Of a stretch of 64,000 bases of DNA, positions 29,435 to 39,275 are shown piece after piece. The DNA is from Dehalococcoidia bacterium (GTDB taxonomy: Bacteria > Chloroflexota > Dehalococcoidia > Bin125), in contig CAXXNO010000001.1 in NCBI GenBank assembly GCA_963663235.2, forward strand, positions 1 to 64,000, written 5' to 3'. The notes under the pieces are model-generated. The model had not been told where the DNA came from. It made no database searches and saw only the letters and a program-made list of their open reading frames with translations. How positions within the stretch are numbered: the stretch's first letter is position 1; each line of letters starts with the position of its first letter. Made by a program: the position numbers and the translations under genes.

Positions 29435-31051
29435 ATGATCGCGTTCGGCTTTCCCTTCGCTCGCCGCGCCCAGCGCCGTTGGAGCAGCGCCGTGCCCGCC
29501 CCCGCCTGGCTGCTGGCGATCGCCATCGCCGCCGTGATGGCGCTGCCGCTGGTCTACCTCATCGTCCGCGCGCTCGACGCCGACGCCGACGCCTGGAACG
29601 CCCTCGGCCGGGCCTCCACCTTCCGCCTGCTGGGACGCACCACCCTGCTGGCCGCGTCCGTGACGGTGGCGTCGTTGACCCTGGCGCTGCCCATCGCCTG
29701 GCTCACCGTCCGCACCGACCTGCCCGGCCGCCGCGTCTGGAGCGTGCTCACGGTCCTGCCCCTGGCGATCCCCAGCTACGTCGGCGCGCTCGCCTTCGTG
29801 GCCGCCTTCGGGCCGCGCGGCAGCATCCACGATCTCCTGTCGCCCCTGGGTCTCGGCTCGATCCCGGAGATCTACGGCTTCCCCGGCGCGTTTCTCGCGC
29901 TCACCCTCTTCACCTTCCCCTACCTGCTGCTGATGCTGCGGGCAGGCCTGCGGGGCATGGACCCGGCGCTGGAAGAGGCCTCGCGCAGCCTGGGCGCGGG
30001 ATCCTGGCGCACGTTCTTCACCGTCGTGGTACCGCAGCTGCGCGTACCGATCGCCGCCGGATCGCTGCTGGTGGCGCTCTACGTGGTGAGCGACTTCGGC
30101 GCCGTCTCCATCCTGCGCTATGACACCTTCACGCGCGCCATCTTCATCCAGTACCAGAGCTCCTTCGACCGCGCCGCCGCCGCCGTGCTCGGCCTGGAGC
30201 TGGTCGGGCTCGTGGCGCTGATCTTGCTGCTGGAGTCGCTGAGCCGATCGCGCGGCCGCTTCCACGGCCGAGGGGCCGGCACCGCCCGCACCGCCACGCT
30301 GAAGCCGTTGAGGCGCTTCCGCTGGCCGGCGCTGGCCTTTCTCGCGGTGGTGGTGGTGGTGGCCCTCGGCGTGCCCGTCGGCGTGCTGCTCCACTGGCTG
30401 GTGCGCGGCTGGCAGGCGGGCGAGCCCTTCGCCGGCACCGCCCAGGCGGCGCTCAACTCGGCCGGTGTCTCGGCCGCGGCCGGGCTGGTCGCGGTGCTGG
30501 CGGCGATCCCAGTCGCGATCGTCACGGTCCGGCACCGCTCGCTCGCCTCCGGGCTGATCGAGCGCCTGAGCTACCTCGGGTTCGCCTTGCCCGGCATCGT
30601 CGTAGCGCTGGCGCTGGTGTTCTTTGCGCTGCGGGTCCTGCCCGGCCTCTACCAGACGTGGCCGGTGCTCATCTTCGCCTACCTGGTGCTCTTCTTCCCC
30701 CTGGCGTTGGGCGCCGTGCGCACGTCGTTGGTCCAGGTCCGCCCGAACATCGAGGAGGCCGCCCGCAGCCTGGGCCGTTCGCCGCCGCGCGTGCTAGCGA
30801 CGATCACCGTCCCCCTGCTGCTGCCCGGCCTCCTGGGGGGGTTCGCCCTCGTCTTTCTCACCGTGATGAAGGAGCTGCCGGCGACCATCCTCCTGCGGCC
30901 GATCGAGTTTGATACCCTGGCGGTCGATATCTGGTCGGCCTCGTCCGAGGCGTTCTTTGCCCGCGCCGCTGCGCCCGCCCTGTTGCTTGTGCTGGTCGCT
31001 GTGCTGCCCATGACGGTGTTGATCTCTCGTGAGTACCGATCTGAACGCTGA
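29435..31051 (+). CDS. Iron(III) ABC transporter permease (FbpB-like)
   Basis: Two EAA loops (LEEASRSLG, IEEAARSLG), LPLAIPSYV, MKELPAT. Confidence 0.92.
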   Translation: MIAFGFPFARRAQRRWSSAVPAPAWLLAIAIAAVMALPLVYLIVRALDADADAWNALGRASTFRLLGRTTLLAASVTVASLTLALPIAWLTVRTDLPGRRVWSVLTVLPLAIPSYVGALAFVAAFGPRGSIHDLLSPLGLGSIPEIYGFPGAFLALTLFTFPYLLLMLRAGLRGMDPALEEASRSLGAGSWRTFFTVVVPQLRVPIAAGSLLVALYVVSDFGAVSILRYDTFTRAIFIQYQSSFDRAAAAVLGLELVGLVALILLLESLSRSRGRFHGRGAGTARTATLKPLRRFRWPALAFLAVVVVVALGVPVGVLLHWLVRGWQAGEPFAGTAQAALNSAGVSAAAGLVAVLAAIPVAIVTVRHRSLASGLIERLSYLGFALPGIVVALALVFFALRVLPGLYQTWPVLIFAYLVLFFPLALGAVRTSLVQVRPNIEEAARSLGRSPPRVLATITVPLLLPGLLGGFALVFLTVMKELPATILLRPIEFDTLAVDIWSASSEAFFARAAAPALLLVLVAVLPMTVLISREYRSER

Positions 31052-32198
31052 CCATCGCGACGCCGCTGCGCCACCGGCCCTTCGCTGTGAGGGGCTGCGC
31101 AAGGCCTTTGGCCGCGCGCTCGCGGTGCATGACGTCTCCCTCTCCGTGCGTCAGGGTGAGATTCTGGCGCTGCTCGGCCCCAGCGGCGTTGGCAAGACCA
31201 CCTGCCTCCGCCTGATCGCGGGCTTCGAGACGCCGGACGCCGGACGCGTCGCCATCAACGATCGCGAGGTCGTCGGGCCCGGTGCGTTCGTGCCGCCCGA
31301 GCATCGACGCGTCGGCATGGTCTTTCAGGACTACGCGCTCTTCCCACACCTATCAGTGGCGGCCAACGTGCGCTACGGCCTCGACGCCGCCGGTGCGCCC
31401 CGTGGGGACCGCCGCCTGCGCCGGTGGCTGCACGCGGCTCGCAATCGGCTGCCCGGCGGCGCCCGCGCCGCCGCCGCCGACGCGCGCGTGGCGGAGGTCC
31501 TGCACCTCGTGGCGCTGTCGCGCTTGGCCGATCGCTACCCCCACGAACTCTCCGGCGGCGAGGCGCAGCGGGTGGCTCTCGCGCGCGCCCTGGCGCCGGG
31601 TCCCGCTCTCATCCTGCTCGACGAGCCGTTCTCCAACCTCGATTCCCGGCTGCGCGCCGCCGTCCGTTCCGAGGTGCGCGACATCCTCAAGCGCGCCGGC
31701 GCGGCCGCCGTCTTCGTCACGCACGATCAAGAAGAGGCCTTCACTCTGGCCGATCGCGTGGCTGTGATGTGGGACGGGCGGATCGCGCAGGTCGGGCCGC
31801 CGGAGGAGATCTACCACCACCCGGCTACTCGCGCGGTCGCGGCCTTCGTCGGCGACGCCGACTTTCTCCCCGGCCGCCTGCAGCGGGATCGAGTCGAGAC
31901 GGAGATCGGCCTGATCCCCATCAACCACCGTCGCGGCGTCCACGACACCTCGACCGGCCAGCCGGCCGTCCAGGCGATGATCCGGCCCGAGCAGGTCCGC
32001 CTTCTGGCCGCGCCCGACGGGCCCGCCACCGTGGTGAAGCGTGACTATTTCGGCCACGACCAGCTGGTCACGGTTCGGCTGCCCTCGGGGGCGCTGCTGC
32101 ACGCGCGCCTCGGGCCCGAAGAGGATTTCCGTGTGGGGGGGCGCGTACGCGTCAGCGCGCGTGGCGGGGCGGTGCTCTTCCCGCCCACCGACGCATAG
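31029..32198 (+). CDS. Iron(III) ABC transporter ATP-binding protein (FbpC-like)
   Basis: GPSGVGKTT, VFQDYALFPH, LSGGEAQRVALARA, LLDEPFSNLD, TOBE-like C-terminus. Confidence 0.92.
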   Translation: MSTDLNADHRDAAAPPALRCEGLRKAFGRALAVHDVSLSVRQGEILALLGPSGVGKTTCLRLIAGFETPDAGRVAINDREVVGPGAFVPPEHRRVGMVFQDYALFPHLSVAANVRYGLDAAGAPRGDRRLRRWLHAARNRLPGGARAAAADARVAEVLHLVALSRLADRYPHELSGGEAQRVALARALAPGPALILLDEPFSNLDSRLRAAVRSEVRDILKRAGAAAVFVTHDQEEAFTLADRVAVMWDGRIAQVGPPEEIYHHPATRAVAAFVGDADFLPGRLQRDRVETEIGLIPINHRRGVHDTSTGQPAVQAMIRPEQVRLLAAPDGPATVVKRDYFGHDQLVTVRLPSGALLHARLGPEEDFRVGGRVRVSARGGAVLFPPTDA

Positions 32199-32205
32199 CG
32201 CCGCC

Positions 32206-32805
32206 TCAGGCGCGCCGGTCGTCGCGATCCGGCGCCAGCGCTCCCAGCAACGATCGCAGCGCCTCGTACGCCCGCATCGACATGGCGCCTGCGACGACCG
32301 GCTGTGCGATCGGGTCCGATTCGCCGCTCCCCTTCTCGCCTCCCGCCGGGTCGCCGTCCTCGGCGACGATCTCGTCCGGCGGGATCGGTGGCGGCGCCGG
32401 CGGCGACCCGGCGCCCAGGTCGGGGAGAGGCGGCGGGGGCGGAGGCATCTCCCCCACTCCTTGCGCCGGGCTCCCGGCCCCGGCGGCCGGCGGGTCGATC
32501 AGCGTCGTGCCGGGCGGAACGAAGCGCGCGTGGAAGCGTCCCGGTTCCACGGAGAAGATGTGCAACGTTGACCCCGACGGAACGTGCGCCCGCGCCCGCT
32601 TGATGACGGCGGCCAGCGTCGGCGCGATGCCGAGCCGCTCCAAGACGTTCGCCGTCGCCGCCGGGGCGCTCCCGGCGGCCACCTCGGCGGTGGGCGAGGA
32701 GGCCCGCGCCAGCTCTTCCGAGAAGGACGGGCCGGGCTCGGTCGCCACCCTCGATGCGGGGCGATCGCTCGGCGGAGGTGCGGGGACGGAGGGCTCGACG
32801 TGCAT
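32206..32805 (-). CDS. Hypothetical Pro-rich protein
   Basis: GGAG RBS and high GC3 codons on the minus strand; no recognised motif. Confidence 0.55.
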   Translation of the reverse strand: MHVEPSVPAPPPSDRPASRVATEPGPSFSEELARASSPTAEVAAGSAPAATANVLERLGIAPTLAAVIKRARAHVPSGSTLHIFSVEPGRFHARFVPPGTTLIDPPAAGAGSPAQGVGEMPPPPPPLPDLGAGSPPAPPPIPPDEIVAEDGDPAGGEKGSGESDPIAQPVVAGAMSMRAYEALRSLLGALAPDRDDRRA

Positions 32806-33006
32806 GCTGATCGCTCCCGCTCCAAGCTAGACGGCGCATCCGGAGGCGGACCAGCGGGTATTTCCCGCGCCTTGCCGGGTCCGATCCCGCATGTCGACCG
32901 GTACCGCCGGAAGGCTTGCCCGCGCCACGCCCTCCCTCGATACTCGCCCTGGCCGCTCCGAGGGCGGCCGTCGAGCCGGCTCCCAACCCCGAAAGGACCG
33001 AGACGC

Positions 33007-33531
33007 ATGGAGACCAGCGAGTTCTTGGACTACTTCATCGGCAAGCTGCACGATGACGTCGCGGACGCACTGGAAGGGCTGAACGACGAACAGCTCTACT
33101 TCCTGCTCAACGACAACAGCTGCCACGCCGCCTTCCACGCCTGGCACGTGGTACGCACGGCCGACAACGTGATCAACTTCGTCTGTCAGGATCGCAAGCC
33201 GCCGGTCTGGATGCGCCAAGAGTTGCCCCAGAAGTGGAACCTGCCCAAGGCGGCGCAGGGCACGGGCATGGAGCTGGCCGAGGCCCGGGCGCTGCGCGTC
33301 CCCAGCGGCGCGGCCCTGATCCAGTACACACGCGACGTGAAGGACGATATCTGCCCCTACCTCCGCGACGCCAGCGACGCGGACCTGGACGCCATCACCA
33401 AAGTCGCGCAGTTCGGCGAGAAGCCCAAGCTCTGGCAGATCGGGCAGACCATCGTGACCCACGGCAACACGCACCTGGGTCAGCTCAAGATGCTGCGGTC
33501 GGCTCAGGGCCTCTCGGGTGACGCGATGTAG
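33007..33531 (+). CDS. DinB-family protein
   Basis: AFHAWHVVRTAD...HGNTHLGQL His triad; AAAGGA RBS. Confidence 0.82.
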   Translation: METSEFLDYFIGKLHDDVADALEGLNDEQLYFLLNDNSCHAAFHAWHVVRTADNVINFVCQDRKPPVWMRQELPQKWNLPKAAQGTGMELAEARALRVPSGAALIQYTRDVKDDICPYLRDASDADLDAITKVAQFGEKPKLWQIGQTIVTHGNTHLGQLKMLRSAQGLSGDAM

Positions 33532-34496
33532 GGCCCGCGCGCCGGCGGCGCTTCGCCGCCCAGCAGCGGTCCTTGCCGCAGCTCCTCCACCGCCGCCGCC
33601 CGCGCCGCGCCATCCCTGGCCCGGCGGACCGCCTCGAACGGCGCGACGGCGCCCAGGCGTCGGATGCGCAGGAAGAAGTCCCCATCCACTTCGCCGCCGC
33701 GATGCCGGTACGCCTCCACCACGCGCCAGCTGAAGTCCGCCCCGCAACTGGACACCAGCCCGGCGAAATCGATGGCCGCGTCCCCCGCTCTCGCCGCGCC
33801 GAACTCGTCCACCGCCAGAACCGTGGTCGCTTCGTCGTCCACCAGGATCCGCCCGGCCCGCAGGTCGCCGTGCACTAGGCGCGGCTCGAACGTCCAGTTC
33901 CGCTCATCGGAGAGGAAGTCCTTCCACCAGCGCCGCAGCCGGCCCAGCTCGGAGAAGCGCAGCGACCCGCGCAGCCCACCCAGCGCCTCCCGCCGCAGCG
34001 CCTCGAACCCCGGCTTCCAGGCCCGCGCGCCGGGCACGTCCAGCGCTCCCGCGCGCTCCAAGTCGAAGTCGTGCAGCCCCAACAGAAACTCGGCGATCTC
34101 CTGCGCCAGCCGGTCGGCGTTGCGCTCGTGAATCGCTTCCGCGCGCAACGGCGCCCCCGGCAACTTGCCGTGCCCGCTGAAGCCGAGCGGAACAGCGGCC
34201 GTGGAACCGGCCTGCCACGCAGGGACCGGCACCTCCGGACCCACGTGCCCCCGCAGGAAGGGGAGCAGCCGCGCCTCTTTCGCCTGCGCCTCCGCCGCGC
34301 CCTGCGTCTGCGGGAAGCGGAACACCGCGCGCCCCGCCGTCTCGACGGTGACGCAGTCACCGTCGGCGCTTCGCAGGCTCAGCGGCTCCACGTCGTCAAG
34401 CTCAGGGAACGCGGCCTGGATCGCGACCGCGTAGCGCGACAACGAATCGGCGCCGGCCTGCGAGGCGATCACGGATGCAGCCCCGTCCTCAGCCAT
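33504..34496 (-). CDS. Aminoglycoside phosphotransferase/kinase-fold protein
   Basis: VFRFP, EARLL, LVHGDL...ILV, VDEFG...GDAAIDFA. Confidence 0.8.
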   Translation of the reverse strand: MAEDGAASVIASQAGADSLSRYAVAIQAAFPELDDVEPLSLRSADGDCVTVETAGRAVFRFPQTQGAAEAQAKEARLLPFLRGHVGPEVPVPAWQAGSTAAVPLGFSGHGKLPGAPLRAEAIHERNADRLAQEIAEFLLGLHDFDLERAGALDVPGARAWKPGFEALRREALGGLRGSLRFSELGRLRRWWKDFLSDERNWTFEPRLVHGDLRAGRILVDDEATTVLAVDEFGAARAGDAAIDFAGLVSSCGADFSWRVVEAYRHRGGEVDGDFFLRIRRLGAVAPFEAVRRARDGAARAAAVEELRQGPLLGGEAPPARGPYIASPERP

Positions 34497-35569
34497 TGAA
34501 GCGGGTCCACGTCGCGGCCGTTGACAATCACCTCCCAGTGCAGATGCGGCCCCGTCGACACGCCAGTGGTGCCGATCGCGCCCACCTCCTCGCCCGCCTC
34601 CACCTCGGCGCCTTCCTCGACAGCGATCGCGGACATATGCCAGTAGCCGCTGTAGACCCCGGCGCCGTGATCGATGATCACGCCCAGGCCGTGGACCGGG
34701 AGCGCATCCGCAAACACGACGATCCCTGCCGCCGCCGCCCAGACGGGCTCGCCCGCGTCGGCGATGATGTCGTGTCCATGGTGCCAGTCGCTGGCCGGCG
34801 CCTCGTTGAAGGAGCGCAGCACGCCGAACGGACTATCGTCGGCGCCCTCCACCGGCCGGACCCAGGGACCGACCCAGCGCGGCGGACCGGTCACCTCGGT
34901 GTATTCCACGAAGCGCGCATGATTGTCGATCGCGACGAACTCTGGGGCCAGCAGCGCGGCGATCTCGGGGGGGAGCGTCACCTCATCGACCTCGGGCTCC
35001 GCCGCCGCCGCGCCGGGCTCGGCCGCATCGGGCGGCTCCGGCTCGGGGACGAAGACCTCGAATTCGCCTTGCAACGACTCCTGGTGTGCGCCCGTGGCGT
35101 CGAAGAGATCTACCACCGCGCTGTAAATCCCGGTCTCGCTCAACGGTGTGACGGAGACGTAGCCCAGCCAGACGCCATCGCTCAGCACCAGCGGCGTGGT
35201 GACGCCGGCGACCGTCACGACCGCCTCCGCGGCTTCCACGCCCAGGGCGCGCACCAACGCCGTCTCGCCCGGCTGAATGGCCTCCGGCGTCACGGTGACC
35301 TCGGGCTCGATCACCTCCGGTTCCGGATCCGGATCCGGCGGCACTTCGATGACCGGCGGCTCCACGATCACCGGCTCCGGCGGCGGCTCTGGCTGCGGCG
35401 GGGCCGGCAGGTCGGCGGCGGTCTGCGGACTCGGCGGCGGATCCTCGGCCTCCGGCTCGTCGTCCACACGGCCGTCCCCACACGCCGCCCCGGCCAGCGC
35501 GACCAGTGCGACGGCCGATATGAGCAACGGGCGCAACCCGCGGCGACGGCTCCCGGATGACCACAGCAC
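34469..35569 (-). CDS. M23 peptidase lipoprotein
   Basis: Lipobox-like GAAC, Pro/Glu linker, WHHGHD, IDHG.G.YSGYWHM, STGPHLHWEV. Confidence 0.88.
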   Translation of the reverse strand: MLWSSGSRRRGLRPLLISAVALVALAGAACGDGRVDDEPEAEDPPPSPQTAADLPAPPQPEPPPEPVIVEPPVIEVPPDPDPEPEVIEPEVTVTPEAIQPGETALVRALGVEAAEAVVTVAGVTTPLVLSDGVWLGYVSVTPLSETGIYSAVVDLFDATGAHQESLQGEFEVFVPEPEPPDAAEPGAAAAEPEVDEVTLPPEIAALLAPEFVAIDNHARFVEYTEVTGPPRWVGPWVRPVEGADDSPFGVLRSFNEAPASDWHHGHDIIADAGEPVWAAAAGIVVFADALPVHGLGVIIDHGAGVYSGYWHMSAIAVEEGAEVEAGEEVGAIGTTGVSTGPHLHWEVIVNGRDVDPLQWLRTGLHP

Positions 35570-35623
35570 GAACTCCAGGGTACCCTGACCTCATCCGCCG
35601 GACGAAGTCATCACGGGAGCGCC

Positions 35624-36004
35624 GTGCCGGAGTCCGTCCCCCACAAGCCACGGACCGTCGAGAAGCCCTGGGGCCACGAGACGATCTACGCCGAAACCGA
35701 CCGCTACGCCGGCAAGGTGCTTTTCGTCGCCAAGGGCCGCCGGCTCAGCCTCCAGTACCACGAGCGCAAGAGCGAGACGATGTACCTGCTGCGCGGACAC
35801 GTGCGCATGACCGTGGGCCCCGCCGCCGATGCCCTGCGCGACGTCGCTCTGCGCCCCGGCGACGCGATCGACCTCCCCGCCGGGACCGTGCACCGCGTCG
35901 AGGCGATCGAGGACTCCGAGATTCTGGAGACCTCCACCCCCGAGCTCGACGACGTGATCCGCCTCGCCGACGACTTCGGCCGCGAGGGCACCTCCGCCCC
36001 CTGA
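35624..36004 (+). CDS. Cupin (mannose-6-phosphate isomerase type II-like)
   Basis: VEKPWGHE, RLSLQYHERKSET, GTVHR, LETSTPELDDVIRL.DD.GR. Confidence 0.88.
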   Translation: MPESVPHKPRTVEKPWGHETIYAETDRYAGKVLFVAKGRRLSLQYHERKSETMYLLRGHVRMTVGPAADALRDVALRPGDAIDLPAGTVHRVEAIEDSEILETSTPELDDVIRLADDFGREGTSAP

Positions 36005-36007
36005 GCG

Positions 36008-36780
36008 CTACCGCGCGCCGCGGTGGGCTTCCCCCTTGGCTTCGTAGAGCGCCGCGTCCGCCCGGATCAGGATGGGCTCCACCTCGTCCCCTTCTTGCTC
36101 CGCCCACTCCGCCACGCCCGCGCAGATCGACACGCGTGTCTGCCCGCCGAACGGGAGGTCAACCGGCGCTTCGGCCACGGCGTGCTCGAACGCCGCCACC
36201 GCGCGCAGCGCATGCTCCAGGTCCGTCTGCGGCAAGAGGAGAAGGAACTCGTCGCCACCCCACCGCCCCACCAGGTCGGCCCGCCGCACGCGTTCTTGCA
36301 GCCGCTGCGCCACAGCCCGCAACACCGCGTCCCCGGCGAAATGGCCGAAGCTGTCGTTGATCATCTTCAGGCCGTTGAGGTCAGCCAAGGCGACGCTGAC
36401 CGGTCCGCCGTAGCGCACCGCGCGCGCGATCTCCCGCGTCAGCGCCGCCTGAATCGCGCGGCGGTTCTGGATGCCGGTGAGGTAGTCCCGCGTCGCCAGA
36501 TCCCGGTACCGCTCCAACTCGCGCTCCAGTTCGGCCACCACCGGCGCGCCCCGCACGGCCGGCAGCTCGAAGACCTCCAGCTCCCGGCGTGAGGCCGGCT
36601 CGATCTCGCCCAGCCGCTGCCCGGCGCCGGATCCCGCCTCCCAGCCCAGGATCTCGCGCGCCGCCCCGTTCGCGGCGACCACCCGTCCCCGCCACCGTCC
36701 ACGAGCACGGCGGCGCCCGCTGCCCGTTCCAGCAGCTGCTCCACGCCCAACGCCCCAGGCTCCACCCGCTCCGCCGACAC
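36008..36780 (-). CDS. Diguanylate cyclase (PAS-like N-terminus plus GGDEF), frameshift near 36688
   Basis: DYLTGIQNRR, DLNGLKMIND.FGH.AGD, RWGGDEF, RADAALYEAK. The upstream frame (LLE....AVLVDGGG) joins RVVAAN..AREILGW if one G is added in a G run. Confidence 0.8.
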
Positions 36781-36829
36781 GCTCTCCTCAGATCTCCCTA
36801 TCTCCCGCAGCCCAACTTATCGCCGCGGC

Positions 36830-36855
36830 TGATCGCAGGTGGCGATCCTCGCGTA
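36830..36855 (+). promoter_or_regulatory. Candidate ECF-dependent promoter (autoregulation)
   Basis: TGATCG-N16-CGTA upstream of the ECF gene; same architecture as 38307-38332. Confidence 0.45.
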
Positions 36856-36991
36856 CGGATTGGTCAGGATGCCAACAGCGCCGACGAAACGCTACCACGC
36901 CGCCCGCCGCGCCGCGCCGCCCACTGCCCCTCCGCTTGCCCCACCCTACCCATCACGCCGATTATCAGGGGGCACCGGCCGGAGGACGCCG

Positions 36992-37543
36992 ATGGCGGAC
37001 CGCGACGGCGACAGCCATCTCTTGGAGCGCATCGCCGACGGCGATGATGACGCGCTGCGCGAACTGTACCGCCGCTACGGCCGTCTCGCCTTCACCCTGG
37101 CCTATCGCATCACGAGGCGGGAGGATCGGGCGGAGGAGGCGGTGCAGGAGGCCTTCGTCCGCGTCTGGCGCAACGCCGGGCGCTTCGACCCCAGCCGCGC
37201 CTCCTTCGCCACCTGGTTTTCCCGCGTCGTCCGCAATCTCTGCATCGACATGCTTCGCCGCAAGGATCCGCTGGAGCGTGCCGGCGCCCTCTCCAAAATC
37301 GAGGACTGGATCGCGTACAGCGAGCCTATCGAGCCCGTGATCGTGAACCGTCTGGACGTCCGCGATGCCTTCCTGCGCCTGCCTGCCGAACAGAGCCGCG
37401 TGCTGGAGATGGCCTACTACCAGGGCTTCACCCACCGCGAGATCGCCGAAGCGTTGGCGATCCCGGAGGGGACGGTGAAGTCCCGCATGCGACTGGGCTT
37501 GCAGCGCATGCGTCGCCATCTGGGAGACGGGAGGTCCTCCTGA
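36992..37543 (+). CDS. ECF RNA polymerase sigma factor (SigK-like)
   Basis: LY.RY, AEEAVQEAF.RVW....RFDP.R, RNLCID.LR, LP.EQ....MAYY.G.TH.EIA..L.IP.GTVKSRMRLGL. Confidence 0.92.
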   Translation: MADRDGDSHLLERIADGDDDALRELYRRYGRLAFTLAYRITRREDRAEEAVQEAFVRVWRNAGRFDPSRASFATWFSRVVRNLCIDMLRRKDPLERAGALSKIEDWIAYSEPIEPVIVNRLDVRDAFLRLPAEQSRVLEMAYYQGFTHREIAEALAIPEGTVKSRMRLGLQRMRRHLGDGRSS

Positions 37544-38229
37544 TGGACCGTGAGACCGCGCGCGACCTGCTGCCCGCCTACGCCCTGGGCGCGCTTGAGG
37601 ACGCCGAGCGGCGCGAGCTCCAGGAGCTCCTCGCGGACTGGCCGGAAGGGCGCGCCGAGCTGGCGGGACTCATCGCCACCGTTGACGCGCTCCCCTACGC
37701 GCTGGAGGAAGAGCGCCCCTCCCTGGGGCTGGAGGGGCGCATCATCACCCGCGCGCGGGCCCAGCGCGAGCCCTGGCGCCGGCCGCGCGCCGCCGCGCCG
37801 CCCCGGCGCGTCCTGCGCTGGCTGCCGCACCTCATGGCGGCCTCGTTCGCGGCGGCCGCAGCGGTGCTCGGCGTCTTCGCCTTCACCGGCGGTGATGAGG
37901 TCATCGCCGGGCGCTGGTTCGACCTCCCCACCACCGACAACGCCGCCGCCTACATCACCTACTTCGACGAGCGGCCGATCGGCGTCCTCTTCCGCGGCTT
38001 GGAGCCGCCTCCCGAGGAGCGCGTCTACCAGCTCTGGCGCCTGCGGGCCGACGACAGCCGCGCCATCGTCGATACCTTCGTGCCCCGGCCCGACGGCTGG
38101 GCCGCCGTGGCGATCGTCCTGGGCGAAGACGAGGCGGTGGTCGGCTTCGGTTTGACCATCGAGCCGCTCGATGACCTGGACGCCGCGCCCTCCACCGAGT
38201 TCCCGCCCATCACCTTCCCCGTCAGGTAA
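37543..38229 (+). CDS. Anti-sigma factor, RskA-like
   Basis: LLPAYALGAL...E, single TM, L.PPP..RVYQLW, FGLTIEP; translationally coupled to the sigma gene. Confidence 0.88.
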   Translation: MDRETARDLLPAYALGALEDAERRELQELLADWPEGRAELAGLIATVDALPYALEEERPSLGLEGRIITRARAQREPWRRPRAAAPPRRVLRWLPHLMAASFAAAAAVLGVFAFTGGDEVIAGRWFDLPTTDNAAAYITYFDERPIGVLFRGLEPPPEERVYQLWRLRADDSRAIVDTFVPRPDGWAAVAIVLGEDEAVVGFGLTIEPLDDLDAAPSTEFPPITFPVR

Positions 38230-38306
38230 TGGCTCGATCTCCTCGCATGACGTTATGTTCCTTTGCGTCGCCGGAAGCACGTTGCAGGAGTCATGCTCGC
38301 CTAAGG

Positions 38307-38332
38307 TGGTCCACCGACGCTCCTGCCTCGTA
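38307..38332 (+). promoter_or_regulatory. Candidate ECF-dependent promoter of the Tat lipoprotein genes
   Basis: TGGTCC-N16-CGTA, 50 nt upstream of the ATG at 38383. Confidence 0.45.
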
Positions 38333-38382
38333 AGGTTTCCTGAAGCAGCGGCGGTATCCACCGCACGCGGAAGGAGTCTCTG

Positions 38383-39132
38383 ATGAGCGAATCCCGCTTG
38401 ATCCGGTCGCGCGGGCGCAGGCTGTCACGACGCGCCATGTTCGTCCTGGGCGCCCACCTCGGCCTCGGTGCGGCCGGGTTGGCGCTGGTCGGCTGCGGCG
38501 GTGACGACGATGCCGAGCCGGCCGTCGCCCAGGAGCCCGCCCCAGCGCCGGAGCCGCAGCCGGAACCGCAGCCGGCGCCAGAGCCCGAGCCTGCCGAAGA
38601 GCCGGCGACGGAGCCGGAGCCCGCGAACGTCGTGATCAAGCGGGTCATGCTCGAAGGCGCCGAGGGCGTCGTGGTCCTGGCCAACATCGGCGGCCGACGC
38701 CAGAGCCTCGATGGCTGGTTCCTCTGTCAGTTCCCCACCTACTGGCCCCTCCCCGCGGTCGAGATCGGCTCGGGGGAGCAGATCGAGATCTTCACCGCCG
38801 CGGGAGAGAACACGGACTCCACGCTTTTCGCCGGCTGCGGCTTTGGCGATCTCAACGGCGGCCAGGGCGAGGTGGGCCTCTTCGTGGACGGCCAGTTCGG
38901 TTCTGCGGATTCCATCCGCAGCTACGTCGCCTGGGGCGACGACAGCACGCGCACGCAGGTCGCCCGCGACGCCGGCATCTGGGGCGATAACCTCACGGCG
39001 GCCGACGGCGACGAGATCGTCTACCGCGGCAGCGGCACCGGTTCCGAGGCCTACGCCGTGGCCAGCGCCGGCGCGGCCGCGCCCGAGACCTCCGACGACG
39101 ACGGAGCGGGGCGAGGCCCCATCTACCCCTAG
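38383..39132 (+). CDS. Tat-exported lipoprotein with lamin-tail-like beta domain
   Basis: LSRRAMF twin-arginine, LVGC lipobox, EP-rich linker, V.L.N.G....L.GWFLCQFP.YW...GEVGLF...YVAWG. Confidence 0.75.
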   Translation: MSESRLIRSRGRRLSRRAMFVLGAHLGLGAAGLALVGCGGDDDAEPAVAQEPAPAPEPQPEPQPAPEPEPAEEPATEPEPANVVIKRVMLEGAEGVVVLANIGGRRQSLDGWFLCQFPTYWPLPAVEIGSGEQIEIFTAAGENTDSTLFAGCGFGDLNGGQGEVGLFVDGQFGSADSIRSYVAWGDDSTRTQVARDAGIWGDNLTAADGDEIVYRGSGTGSEAYAVASAGAAAPETSDDDGAGRGPIYP

Positions 39133-39275
39133 CCGTTGGCCCATAGCCGCTACCGGGGCGCCGACCACCGTCTGAGAGAGAACGCACCGGCCCACTCCCC
39201 TCGGCGCAGAAGCGGCTCTCAGAGGGTGTGAGCGCCAGGCTCGGCGCGATGAGGACCCGGGAAGGAAACCCTCCA

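Noticed and set aside
33504-34496. Antibiotic resistance gene
   Set aside because: Generic APH/kinase fold with a degenerate second motif in a housekeeping context; no specific resistance family can be supported.
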